Positions 1 through 8,271 of a DNA stretch of 64,000 nt are shown piece by piece. Below the pieces are notes generated by a model that saw nothing but the letters and a program-made list of their open reading frames with translations, was not told where the DNA came from and did not search any database. The stretch's first letter is position 1. Each line of letters starts with the position of its first letter. This stretch comes from a virus. A program made the position numbers and the translations under genes. The stretch spans positions 253 to 64,252 of IMG/VR virus record IMGVR_UViG_3300029585_000027; one strand, given 5' to 3'.

Positions 1-355
1 TGATATCTGCGCGACTAAAGCCAAAGTTGTCAATTAGACAGTGATTGATGACAACATCCTGCGCGATATTAGCAAGCTTTGGATCAAGCTCTAACGAGCG
101 ACGACCATGATCGTAGTATACGTGCATGATCTCATGAGAGATAACAAATGCCTTAGAGTGATCATTTAGGGTGGCCCAAAAGCTAGGGTTGATGAGAAAC
201 CGCAGTGCGTCACCAGTCTTACGACTAAAGCTTACAGCGGCAGTCGGCATCTTTGGGCTATCCACCTCAACGACCGTGCCAACGGTCCAGAACTGCGCAA
301 ATAGCGAATGATGCTTGCGGAGCGACTGGACAATTTTCAGGTATTCATCTCGCAT
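1..355 (-). CDS. DUF2201-type (VWA-associated) putative metallopeptidase, N-terminal part; runs off the window edge
   Basis: Not in ORF track. Manual translation from ATG at 355: MRDEYLKIVQ...FVISHEIMHVYYDH...ANIAQDVVINH. HExxH motif plus N-x-A-x-D-x-x-IN pattern; lies downstream of a MoxR-like AAA gene, the usual partner. Confidence 0.75.
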   Translation of the reverse strand, partial: MRDEYLKIVQSLRKHHSLFAQFWTVGTVVEVDSPKMPTAAVSFSRKTGDALRFLINPSFWATLNDHSKAFVISHEIMHVYYDHGRRSLELDPKLANIAQDVVINHCLIDNFGFSRADI

Positions 356-363
356 GACAGTGA

Positions 364-392
364 AGTATATCACACAATCGAGGGTTAGTCAA
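364..392 (-). promoter_or_regulatory. sigma70-type early promoter
   Basis: TTGACT-17 nt-TATACT with TGTG extended -10. Confidence 0.8.
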
Positions 393-406
393 CTCTAGCA
401 GAGTGA

Positions 407-1792
407 TTATTGAATCCACTTGCTAAAGTCTTGTGAGCTTTCTTGTGTGATTTCGATCGTCTTCTTGAGGTCGTCGATCCCGGGATCGCTTTTATTTTCA
501 GTGTAAAGCTGATCAACCATGTCATAGAACTCCTTTTCAGTAAGAAGTGTAACACCCTGACGCTTGGCACGCTCGACCTTATCACCGGGCTTCTCAGAAA
601 CAACTAGGTGAGTCACCTTGAAGTTGAACCGAGTAGCAATAGAGATACCGTGGTGGTGAAGAAGCTGTTCGGCTTCCGCACGATTCATTGTAGACAACTT
701 ACCGGAGAAGCAAACAGTCATAGTCTCTGGTGCAACCTCTTCGCCCTTTACGGTGATTTTACGACCTGAGACATTTGCACGCTTTTTACCAGCCGTAGTT
801 TTCTGATGCGCACCGAAGGCTTCGACAACTCGGTTTGAATATGCGCGGGGATTGCTTAGCACATCCGGGATCAGATGTTCGAACTTGTCAACGTTAGAGA
901 CTACATAACCGATGAGTCGATTACCCCTTCTACTGCGAAGACTCTGCATAAGTTCCTCTTCTGGTAGATAGGTTGCAAACTTCTTCAAGAAGCGCTCCTT
1001 ACCCATCAAATCCTGTCTGACGTACTTGAACTTATTGTTGTCCTTGAAGAAAGCACGGATGGTTGGTTCATCCTTTGTGGATAGCTCTTCGAGAACAGCG
1101 ATCGGATCTGGCTTGTCGAGGTATTCGGCGAACTCACCAATGTTGACCTGATTGGGATCAAAGACATACTGAACATCGCCACCAGCAAGAAAAACCCTCA
1201 CACCAGACTCAAGACGTCGAGGGCTAATCAACCCCTTAACCTTATCGGTTTGAGAAATCCACCACTTGACAGCTAGAGTGCCATGATTGCCATACGTGTT
1301 TCGGAAGAAGTCCGTGCATGGTTCATTTGGGACGGGTAGGTGGACATGAAAACGATCAAGCTGAGCCGGATCAAGCTTCTCAACATCGTAGTTTGCTTCT
1401 TCGTCATCATCTGGATTAATCGCAGCAAACACAACCTTTAGCTTCGGAAACTTCTTACCATTGATGGACTTGAATTGAATTAGCTCCATCACAGCATTAC
1501 GCACCTTCTTTGGCGCGCGGTTGTATTCATCAAGGAAGATACCCTCAATGTTGTCAAAATCCAAATTCGCAGGACGCACCAACTCAAGAACACCATCTTT
1601 TTCCTTCGGCACACCAACAAGATCCACCCACGGATCGATTGTTGATGCACTGAAGTATTTCCAGTTCATGTTGAGTTTATCGAACACTTCCTTAACCATA
1701 GCGGTCTTGCCGACACCGTGGCCACCAACCAACAAAGCATTGAAGCCGTTGGTTGCTGCGTGTTCTAGAATGCTGATTTCTTTTGATGTCAT
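407..1792 (-). CDS. MoxR-like AAA+ ATPase with C-terminal BRCT domain
   Basis: Walker A GGHGVGKT, DLVGVP, Walker B IFLDEYNRA, AAINP, LDPAQLDRF; C-terminal VCFSGKL...VTHLVVSEKPGDKVERAKRQGVTLLTEKEF resembles the LigA-type BRCT. Confidence 0.85.
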   Translation of the reverse strand: MTSKEISILEHAATNGFNALLVGGHGVGKTAMVKEVFDKLNMNWKYFSASTIDPWVDLVGVPKEKDGVLELVRPANLDFDNIEGIFLDEYNRAPKKVRNAVMELIQFKSINGKKFPKLKVVFAAINPDDDEEANYDVEKLDPAQLDRFHVHLPVPNEPCTDFFRNTYGNHGTLAVKWWISQTDKVKGLISPRRLESGVRVFLAGGDVQYVFDPNQVNIGEFAEYLDKPDPIAVLEELSTKDEPTIRAFFKDNNKFKYVRQDLMGKERFLKKFATYLPEEELMQSLRSRRGNRLIGYVVSNVDKFEHLIPDVLSNPRAYSNRVVEAFGAHQKTTAGKKRANVSGRKITVKGEEVAPETMTVCFSGKLSTMNRAEAEQLLHHHGISIATRFNFKVTHLVVSEKPGDKVERAKRQGVTLLTEKEFYDMVDQLYTENKSDPGIDDLKKTIEITQESSQDFSKWIQ

Positions 1793-1828
1793 GTAACTAT
1801 GGTAGTTGTTTGTCTCGTTCGATACTGA

Positions 1829-1857
1829 AGTATATCACACAACCGATGATTGTGCAA
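1829..1857 (-). promoter_or_regulatory. sigma70-type early promoter
   Basis: TTGCAC-17-TATACT, TGTG extension. Confidence 0.65.
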
Positions 1858-2404
1858 GAATAGCCTTCACAATTTTCATATCCTCCACAGTATCAACCTT
1901 TGCGGTCTGACGTCTTAGTAGGTAGGATGGGTGCCATGTAGGAACAAGGGGGATACCCTCATATTCAAACTGTTTGCCACGAAGCTTACCAATGCGTTCT
2001 GTGGTATTAAGTAGGGATTGAGTTGCAAATCTACCCAGTGTGATCAACACCTTTGGTCGCACAAGCCCAATCTGACTCTTGAGATAACCAATACATGCCG
2101 TGATTTCCTCTGGCTCTGGATCTCTATTGTCTGGTGGACGACACTTTACCACATTGGCGATGTAAACATCATCTCTGGTCATTTCAAGACAGGCATCTAG
2201 CATCTTAGCCAGTAGTTGTCCTGACCTACCCACAAATGGGATACCAGACTCGTCCTCTTGTTCACCAGGAGCTTCGCCGATAAACATAACATCAGCATCA
2301 GGATCTCCCTCACCAAACACCACCAAGTTACGAGTTTGGCATAGTCCACACGCCTCACAGCCAAAAGCTGTCTGAGCTAGTTGTTCTAGATTAGTAGACA
2401 TCAT
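1835..2404 (-). CDS. udg: Uracil-DNA glycosylase, family 4 (Fe-S type)
   Basis: CEACGLC, GEAPGEQED, PFVGRSG, NVVKCRPPDNRDP, TWHPSYLLR. Confidence 0.95.
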   Translation of the reverse strand: MMSTNLEQLAQTAFGCEACGLCQTRNLVVFGEGDPDADVMFIGEAPGEQEDESGIPFVGRSGQLLAKMLDACLEMTRDDVYIANVVKCRPPDNRDPEPEEITACIGYLKSQIGLVRPKVLITLGRFATQSLLNTTERIGKLRGKQFEYEGIPLVPTWHPSYLLRRQTAKVDTVEDMKIVKAILAQSSVV

Positions 2405-2407
2405 TCA

Positions 2408-2785
2408 TCACGTCTTGAGGTCAAATTCTTGTGCCACCTGTTTCAGTCGAGCACACACTTTTTCACTAAACTCCTTGTGATCTTTTGCAACACAGTCATG
2501 CGCCCATTGCAATCTTACTAGGAGATCAATATCTTTCACAGCTAGCTGAATGTCTGGCCACTCACTCAACACTTCTTCAACACTAAGCCCCTCCATGTCA
2601 GGATGATAGTCTTCATCCGTTATTAGTAAGCCGATTGAGTCTTTGCGCCTATATGGACCGCGATACATCCACATGACATTGCCGGTGTTTTTGTCTTCGG
2701 CTATGCTTTGTTTTCCTTTGTTGATGACAAAGTGCCCCCAAACAATGTTGAAGGCTCTTTGTCTGTCGGTTGGACGCGCCATCAC
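2408..2785 (-). CDS. hypothetical protein
   Basis: 125-aa ORF packed in the operon. Confidence 0.6.
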   Translation of the reverse strand: MMARPTDRQRAFNIVWGHFVINKGKQSIAEDKNTGNVMWMYRGPYRRKDSIGLLITDEDYHPDMEGLSVEEVLSEWPDIQLAVKDIDLLVRLQWAHDCVAKDHKEFSEKVCARLKQVAQEFDLKT

Positions 2786-2904
2786 TAGTTGCTAAAGAGG
2801 GCTCCGAGGACCACATCTAGCAAAAACAAGAAGGCAAGCCAACCCCATCCAAGTGTTAGCACACCAGTTATCTTGAACAAAAGAATCAGCAACCAAGCAA
2901 ACAT
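2785..2904 (-). CDS. small membrane protein (39 aa)
   Basis: Manual translation MFAWLLILLFKITGVLTLGWGWLAFLFLLDVVLGALFSN; fills the gap between neighbours exactly. Confidence 0.55.
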   Translation of the reverse strand: MFAWLLILLFKITGVLTLGWGWLAFLFLLDVVLGALFSN

Positions 2905-2907
2905 AAC

Positions 2908-4260
2908 CTATCCCTTGTAAGTTGAAAACCAGTCAAAAGCGCCATCAATGTCACTAAACTCACCATCTAGCTGTGCCTCAAAGGCAGCATCTAGCATCTC
3001 GCCCATAAGACGTCCAGGCTTAATGCCCATTCCCATCAGGTGACGCCCCATCAGAATTGGCGCAGGCTTATCTGTAGCGATATCTAGCTGATCCGCCCTA
3101 TCAGTCCAAGACTTGAAGGGGTTACCCGGTGGCAATGGTGGACGACCAGAATGATCTGCCTCTACTACCCTACCAAGGGCAGTAATTGTAGCTGGAGCAA
3201 TACGATTAGCCAGACGTCGAATAGCCCTATCAGATGGGTTGTCGATACCGGCATGCACAAGATGTTCTGAGATTAGCGGAAGGACCTCAACGATCACAGA
3301 ACGTGGAGCGCCAATACGCTCAAGAAAGGCTTCCGCAGGCTCGACACCAGCTTCGCAATGCCCCTTAGCGCGCCAGCGCCCATCTTCAAACTTGGTGGTA
3401 GGGGGCTTGCCGAAGTCATGACATAGCGCGGCGAATAGCAGCACGATCCTATCATGATCTCCTAGTTGCTCTCTTTCTGCAATCCTAGCGGCAGCATCGA
3501 CTACATGACATGTGTGGATAAATACATCACCTTCGGGATGCCACTCCTTGTCTTGTGGCGTTCTAACGAGCGCCTTAATCTCGGGGTCAAGCCAGTATGT
3601 GTGTAGAAGCGTTTGTAGGCCAAAAGAAGGTGCGCATCCCTTAAGAGCCCACTTCTTCCACTCCTCCCACATACGTTCCTTGGGAAGTTCAGACTTAAAT
3701 TGAGCCATACCACGACAGATTTCTTCTGTGCGTGGATCAAGGATCATCTGAAACCTTGAGGCAAATTGCATCGCTCGCATTACCCTCAATGGGTCTTCTA
3801 CGAATGTCTTAGGATCTGTTGCGCGTAGATAGCCAACAGGAAGATCTACTTGTCCACCATGCGGATCGACAATAGTCCCATCCATACGCATTGCCATCGA
3901 ATTGATTGTGAAATCACGACGACTTGCGGCATCTTCAATACTCATGTCGGGGTCGGGCACAATGTCGAAACCACGGTGACCGACTCCAACCTTGTTATCC
4001 CTGCGTGGGACACTGACGTCGATTTGATTGTCAATCTTAAGGACACCAAATGCCTTTCCAACAGCATCTACACGAAGACCGGCAGCCGTAAGCTTAGACT
4101 GGATCTGATCCAAACCCATGCCGTAAACTTCGATATCGACATCCTTGCTTTGGATGCCTAGAAGTGTATCACGGACAAATCCACCGACAATCAATACATC
4201 TCGCGCACCAGCTTCATTGAGTAGGTGCATAATGTTTCTTACTTCGCTTGGAATACTCAT
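2908..4260 (-). CDS. cca: CCA-adding enzyme / tRNA nucleotidyltransferase with HD domain
   Basis: VGGFVRD, DVDIEV, RRDFTINSMA, EDPLRVMRAMQFASRF, WHPEGDVFIHT, ALCHDFGKP. Confidence 0.9.
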   Translation of the reverse strand: MSIPSEVRNIMHLLNEAGARDVLIVGGFVRDTLLGIQSKDVDIEVYGMGLDQIQSKLTAAGLRVDAVGKAFGVLKIDNQIDVSVPRRDNKVGVGHRGFDIVPDPDMSIEDAASRRDFTINSMAMRMDGTIVDPHGGQVDLPVGYLRATDPKTFVEDPLRVMRAMQFASRFQMILDPRTEEICRGMAQFKSELPKERMWEEWKKWALKGCAPSFGLQTLLHTYWLDPEIKALVRTPQDKEWHPEGDVFIHTCHVVDAAARIAEREQLGDHDRIVLLFAALCHDFGKPPTTKFEDGRWRAKGHCEAGVEPAEAFLERIGAPRSVIVEVLPLISEHLVHAGIDNPSDRAIRRLANRIAPATITALGRVVEADHSGRPPLPPGNPFKSWTDRADQLDIATDKPAPILMGRHLMGMGIKPGRLMGEMLDAAFEAQLDGEFSDIDGAFDWFSTYKG

Positions 4261-4278
4261 ACAGTAGTATACCACACG

Positions 4279-4620
4279 TTAGGAGCGGCGGTCGGTTTTT
4301 CTTTCGGGGGGCTGGAAGTCTCGATAGCTAGAGTCATTCTCTAGATGTTTTAGCTTCTCTTCAATGATGTCATCCAGGTTAGGATAACTGTTATCATCAT
4401 TTCTAAACGATTCGCGATAAACCGCACCAATTAGCAACGCGGATAAGACAACGTCAGCCACCTCGCTATACACCACTAGTCGAGGACGATCCTTGTTGAC
4501 AGCCTGGGCTAATTCTCCTGTTTCTTCTAGTAGTTTGGCTAGGTGAAAGCTCATATCACCATGATCAAACAGGTGACGCATCCGAGCAGCGTATCTATCA
4601 ATTGGCTCTGTCATAATCAT
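4279..4620 (-). CDS. MazG-like nucleotide pyrophosphohydrolase
   Basis: KLLEETGELAQAV...SEVADV (EExxE...ExxD pattern); start uncertain. Confidence 0.75.
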   Translation of the reverse strand: MIMTEPIDRYAARMRHLFDHGDMSFHLAKLLEETGELAQAVNKDRPRLVVYSEVADVVLSALLIGAVYRESFRNDDNSYPNLDDIIEEKLKHLENDSSYRDFQPPERKTDRRS

Positions 4621-5002
4621 CCTCGAATCTTTCGATGTCATCCTCACCAAAATAGCTGCCGGTTTGGACTTCGATAAAGACCAAATCTTGATTTTCTCCC
4701 GCGCAAACCCTGTGTAGATAACCCATGGGGATGCAGGTGTTCATAACGGGGACAAATGAGAACATCTTGAGGTGTTGTTGATCAAACCCCAGCGTAATAA
4801 TACCATTGCCAGAAATGCATTGCCAGTTCTCCTGACGATACTTGTGGCGCTGAAGACTCAACTGGTGTCCTGCCTTAACGGTAATGCGCTTGACCTTACA
4901 ATCAGGTGCATCTAGTAAAACAGTGAACTCGCCCCATGGCCTTTGTTCTGTATACAGGTGGCTCTCTGCGCCGCCGCCGAGGGGGCTTGGTGTGTCGTTC
5001 AT
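4598..5002 (-). CDS. Cupin of the type II mannose-6-phosphate isomerase C-terminal family
   Basis: RPWG, VKRITVKAGHQLSLQRHKYRQENW, IEVQTGSYFGEDDIERFEDDYDR. Confidence 0.8.
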   Translation of the reverse strand: MNDTPSPLGGGAESHLYTEQRPWGEFTVLLDAPDCKVKRITVKAGHQLSLQRHKYRQENWQCISGNGIITLGFDQQHLKMFSFVPVMNTCIPMGYLHRVCAGENQDLVFIEVQTGSYFGEDDIERFEDDYDRAN

Positions 5003-5271
5003 CGTGAACCCTCGTATGCGGGACGCATGACGAATTGACGAAACTGCGTGATGGTCATATCGACAACGGCATGGATAGACTTTCTACCGTTCTCGTTGGG
5101 GTTAATGAAATTGACAAATGTCTTGGTGTGATCCAAATCATGAGTAGTGGGGTCTCGGTATGTTTCGATATGAGTTACCCGCTCGCGTTGAATCAAGAAC
5201 TCCTTACCCTCGATACTTGTAAAAGACACCATTGGAAATACCGGCGTCGTAGTAGTTGTTTGATCAAACAT
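4999..5271 (-). CDS. hypothetical protein
   Basis: 90-aa ORF overlapping the neighbour by 4 nt. Confidence 0.6.
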   Translation of the reverse strand: MFDQTTTTTPVFPMVSFTSIEGKEFLIQRERVTHIETYRDPTTHDLDHTKTFVNFINPNENGRKSIHAVVDMTITQFRQFVMRPAYEGSR

Positions 5272-5285
5272 GTATGTCTCCTAAT

Positions 5286-5621
5286 TTAGCTATCCCTAAG
5301 AAGCCTTGCCTCAATTGCTCCAATCGCTTGCTCCATTCGCACTCGTCCAACAGGATTAGCTGAATGAATACTGAATGCAATGATCGGGCGAAAGTCGGTA
5401 GTTGCGATATCCTTTTCGATCCAGTTTAGCAGATCATAACCCGTGGGGATATCTTCCCCAAGATCATGATCTAGGCTTGCGATGATGTTCTTTCCAGACT
5501 TATGAGCATCTAGAATCATAGCGTAGGCGATGCCAGCATCACGGGCAATCGTCCACCTATCACTAGGCGGCATTCGCACATCATCAAGGAAGATGAAGGC
5601 TGTATTATCTAGCACGCCCAT
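5286..5621 (-). CDS. Cyclic-phosphate-processing receiver-like domain protein
   Basis: FLDDVRMPP, SLDHDLG, TGYDLLNWIE, IHSANPVGRVRM. Confidence 0.75.
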   Translation of the reverse strand: MGVLDNTAFIFLDDVRMPPSDRWTIARDAGIAYAMILDAHKSGKNIIASLDHDLGEDIPTGYDLLNWIEKDIATTDFRPIIAFSIHSANPVGRVRMEQAIGAIEARLLRDS

Positions 5622-5893
5622 TAGATATCTCTGGTGACGAAATTGTATCCATCCACATCAAGACCGGGGTCGACTGTAATATCCGCCTCATACTCAGCCC
5701 CATAGCTATCTTCTTCGCTGAAGCACACCATGAATCCGCCAGATGACACCCATGAGGTTTTGCCTACCCGCTTAAGAAGTCGGTCAAGACAAGCCTGAAC
5801 TTCGTCGCGGGTGCGGTTCTTGTTATAGGGGTTATTGCGCCAGACATAGTCAATAGCGCAATCGTAAGCGTTTTGTTCGTATCGGACCTTCAT
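5621..5893 (-). CDS. hypothetical protein
   Basis: 90-aa ORF, translationally coupled. Confidence 0.6.
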   Translation of the reverse strand: MKVRYEQNAYDCAIDYVWRNNPYNKNRTRDEVQACLDRLLKRVGKTSWVSSGGFMVCFSEEDSYGAEYEADITVDPGLDVDGYNFVTRDI

Positions 5894-5897
5894 TGTA

Positions 5898-7034
5898 TTA
5901 AACCTTGAGCGCCGAGCGCATCATCTTGGTTGCAACTAGTGTGCCATCCACGAGAGATTCGGCACGACTACACTGTCCAGCTTCCCATGCGATACCGAGG
6001 GCGATATTCCACACACTTAGGGGATCGCCATAGCTGTTTTGTTCTAGTTGTGAAGCAAGAACGGCAGCATTTGCATTAGCTGCGGACATTTTCAGTTCGC
6101 GCTGCAACCTAGCGACAGCAGCCGTATGATCAACCGCGTATGGAGTAGTAGACGCAAATTTGAAGACATCCCAATCCTTAATCAGGCGTGGTTCGCAGTT
6201 GTCTGCTACATCCTCAAGAGTGGTAACGTATTCCTTGAACGCCTTGCTGATATCTCCACGATGAACGAATCGCTTGCGACGATGATTTGCGGGTGTCCAG
6301 ACCATGATATTGCCAGACATCTCGTGGTAGTAGAAAGTGTGATAGCCAAAGCTTCTTGCACCCACCTCCGAATTCCACACCATCATTCCAGGCTTGAGAC
6401 CACCGAGGTCCGAAGTGTCTACTGGAAGATCCTTATCCAAAAAGAAGAACCCAAAGGAGCATTGGTCGCCACGAAACAACCCAGTGTTGAGGCCATGCAT
6501 TAGACCGCTACGCATGGCATTAGAGCGAAGCGCCGGAAGTATGGGGGTAAAGCCACGGGGGATGAGGAACTCTTCCATCTCCGTAAAGACTTCGTGATCC
6601 CAAAGTCGAGAATACGCCCCGCCATTAACGGCGCGCGCAACACTATCAATAGAATCACCATTAAAGTGATCGCGCACCAGAATGAACTTGTCGTCAGCAT
6701 CGTCATTCCAGAACAATGCATCAAGGTTTTCAACTACTAGGTCACTGCGCTCCCGCTCGTGCAGTCGCTCAAGTGTATTGACATAGATCTTTGCCATGCC
6801 GGCGACCTGTGTCATAGAGAAGTTGGTAAGCGGCAATGGCGTGTGACCCTCCAAGTTGACGAAGTATCGCTCGTCATCCGTGCTGAAGGTCATGCTACGA
6901 CTAGTTGTTTTGATGGTCCGTGATTCATCCATCTCCTTGCCAGCAACTTCGATCAACTCAGACATAGAGTCGTAGTTGTTATCTGCCGGGCGACTGAAGA
7001 CGTCAGAAATTGATTGTGTGATTGCGTGAGTCAT
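5898..7034 (-). CDS. DUF932-like phage protein
   Basis: YSRLWD, MVWNSEVGARSFG...NIMVW...FVHRG motif series; family call from memory. Confidence 0.55.
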   Translation of the reverse strand: MTHAITQSISDVFSRPADNNYDSMSELIEVAGKEMDESRTIKTTSRSMTFSTDDERYFVNLEGHTPLPLTNFSMTQVAGMAKIYVNTLERLHERERSDLVVENLDALFWNDDADDKFILVRDHFNGDSIDSVARAVNGGAYSRLWDHEVFTEMEEFLIPRGFTPILPALRSNAMRSGLMHGLNTGLFRGDQCSFGFFFLDKDLPVDTSDLGGLKPGMMVWNSEVGARSFGYHTFYYHEMSGNIMVWTPANHRRKRFVHRGDISKAFKEYVTTLEDVADNCEPRLIKDWDVFKFASTTPYAVDHTAAVARLQRELKMSAANANAAVLASQLEQNSYGDPLSVWNIALGIAWEAGQCSRAESLVDGTLVATKMMRSALKV

Positions 7035-7067
7035 TGTTTCTGTCTCGGTTGTCTACTTGAACACTCT

Positions 7068-7095
7068 ATTCTACCACATCTATGGTGGATGTCAA
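7068..7095 (-). promoter_or_regulatory. sigma70-type early promoter
   Basis: TTGACA-16-TAGAAT. Confidence 0.7.
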
Positions 7096-7101
7096 ATAGA
7101 A

Positions 7102-7524
7102 CTAGATCTTTTCACTCAAGATGTAAAGCGCCAACTCATACTTCTGACGCATAGACCCATGTTTTAGGTCGCTCATGTTGTGACGAATATCAAACATCTT
7201 CACAACGCGTGCCTTTTCATCCGCCTGGACATCTAGAATGTAGTCTAGGTAGCTCTGACCTTCACGTTTAGAAATCACCTCAATGGATTCAACTAGATAC
7301 TTCGGAATACCCATACGCACTAGGTCTACCGCAGTCACCTTAGTATCCTCCAAGACATCGTGCAGCCATGCAATAGCAACATAGTCTTCGTCAAAGCCAG
7401 CCTGAATAATTGCTCGTGCAATAGCTGCTGGGTGGGTGATATAAGGTGTTTCCTTGTCCCACCTAGTTTGTCCAGCGTGAGCTTCGGTGGCAATCTTGGT
7501 TGCCAGATCTGTTAGTTTGGTCAT
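7102..7524 (-). CDS. HD-domain protein, RelA/SpoT hydrolase (small alarmone hydrolase / Mesh1)-like
   Basis: AHAGQTR...PYITHP...AWLHDVLEDT...VKMFDIRHN. Confidence 0.85.
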   Translation of the reverse strand: MTKLTDLATKIATEAHAGQTRWDKETPYITHPAAIARAIIQAGFDEDYVAIAWLHDVLEDTKVTAVDLVRMGIPKYLVESIEVISKREGQSYLDYILDVQADEKARVVKMFDIRHNMSDLKHGSMRQKYELALYILSEKI

Positions 7525-7529
7525 TGTTT

Positions 7530-7805
7530 TTACCCGTCGTATTCAATTGTCTCGCTGTTTCCGGTGATCGAGATAAACTCAATCTGATTCTCTGGATAAT
7601 ACCTACTCTTAACCCATACCCCTTTCTCGGAATAGTCTCTTACTGACTGTTTCCAGCTACGCATGGAGGGAGACCAAAACTTTAGCCACTTTTTGACTTC
7701 TTCGCCATTCTTCAGGGATACTAATACCTCGAAGTGACCATCTGGGTCAAACATGCCACGGATTTTTCCCTTTGGCTCTTCCTGCTTCTTAGTGAATGGC
7801 CACAT
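7530..7805 (-). CDS. hypothetical protein
   Basis: 91-aa ORF in the operon. Confidence 0.6.
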   Translation of the reverse strand: MWPFTKKQEEPKGKIRGMFDPDGHFEVLVSLKNGEEVKKWLKFWSPSMRSWKQSVRDYSEKGVWVKSRYYPENQIEFISITGNSETIEYDG

Positions 7806-8123
7806 CTACTCATCCTCCAGTTGGTTCTTGTATTCTTCCATAAGTCGCTCAGCAGTGATCTTATTGATCACTCCATTATACAGGCGATCTCCAGAGTCAC
7901 CGTTAATCCATTTAGATAAGCCATTCGTGTCTTGCCACGTCAGGTGTGGTGGACACTGCATCCTCACCAAGAATTTGTAACCCCTGATGTCATCTAGAAT
8001 CAACTGTAGGATATCAGCTACAATGAAGTGACCAGCATCGATTGGAATGTTAGTCCTGCGACAATAGTCAACAATAACATCCTCAACTCGTTGTCGGTTA
8101 TCGCGCTCTGGAAACTTATTCAT
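7806..8123 (-). CDS. hypothetical protein (start re-assigned to ATG 8123)
   Basis: ATG overlaps the stop of the upstream small ORF. Confidence 0.55.
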   Translation of the reverse strand: MNKFPERDNRQRVEDVIVDYCRRTNIPIDAGHFIVADILQLILDDIRGYKFLVRMQCPPHLTWQDTNGLSKWINGDSGDRLYNGVINKITAERLMEEYKNQLEDE

Positions 8124-8271
8124 CTTCTTCATGGCATGAACACATGCATTCGTATTCGGCGTCACCAACATAGCTATCACACTCTTCGCAGTCGATGAAT
8201 TCACATTCGTCGCTACGCTTAACGCGATGTCCCGATGGTGCAAACTTGTCTATTACTTTGTCTCGTTCCAC
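8116..8271 (-). CDS. small Cys/acidic protein (51 aa)
   Basis: GTG start overlaps the ligase TAG; MERDKVIDKFAPSGHRVKRSDECEFIDCEECDSYVGDAEYECMCSCHEEDE. Confidence 0.5.
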   Translation of the reverse strand: MERDKVIDKFAPSGHRVKRSDECEFIDCEECDSYVGDAEYECMCSCHEEDE

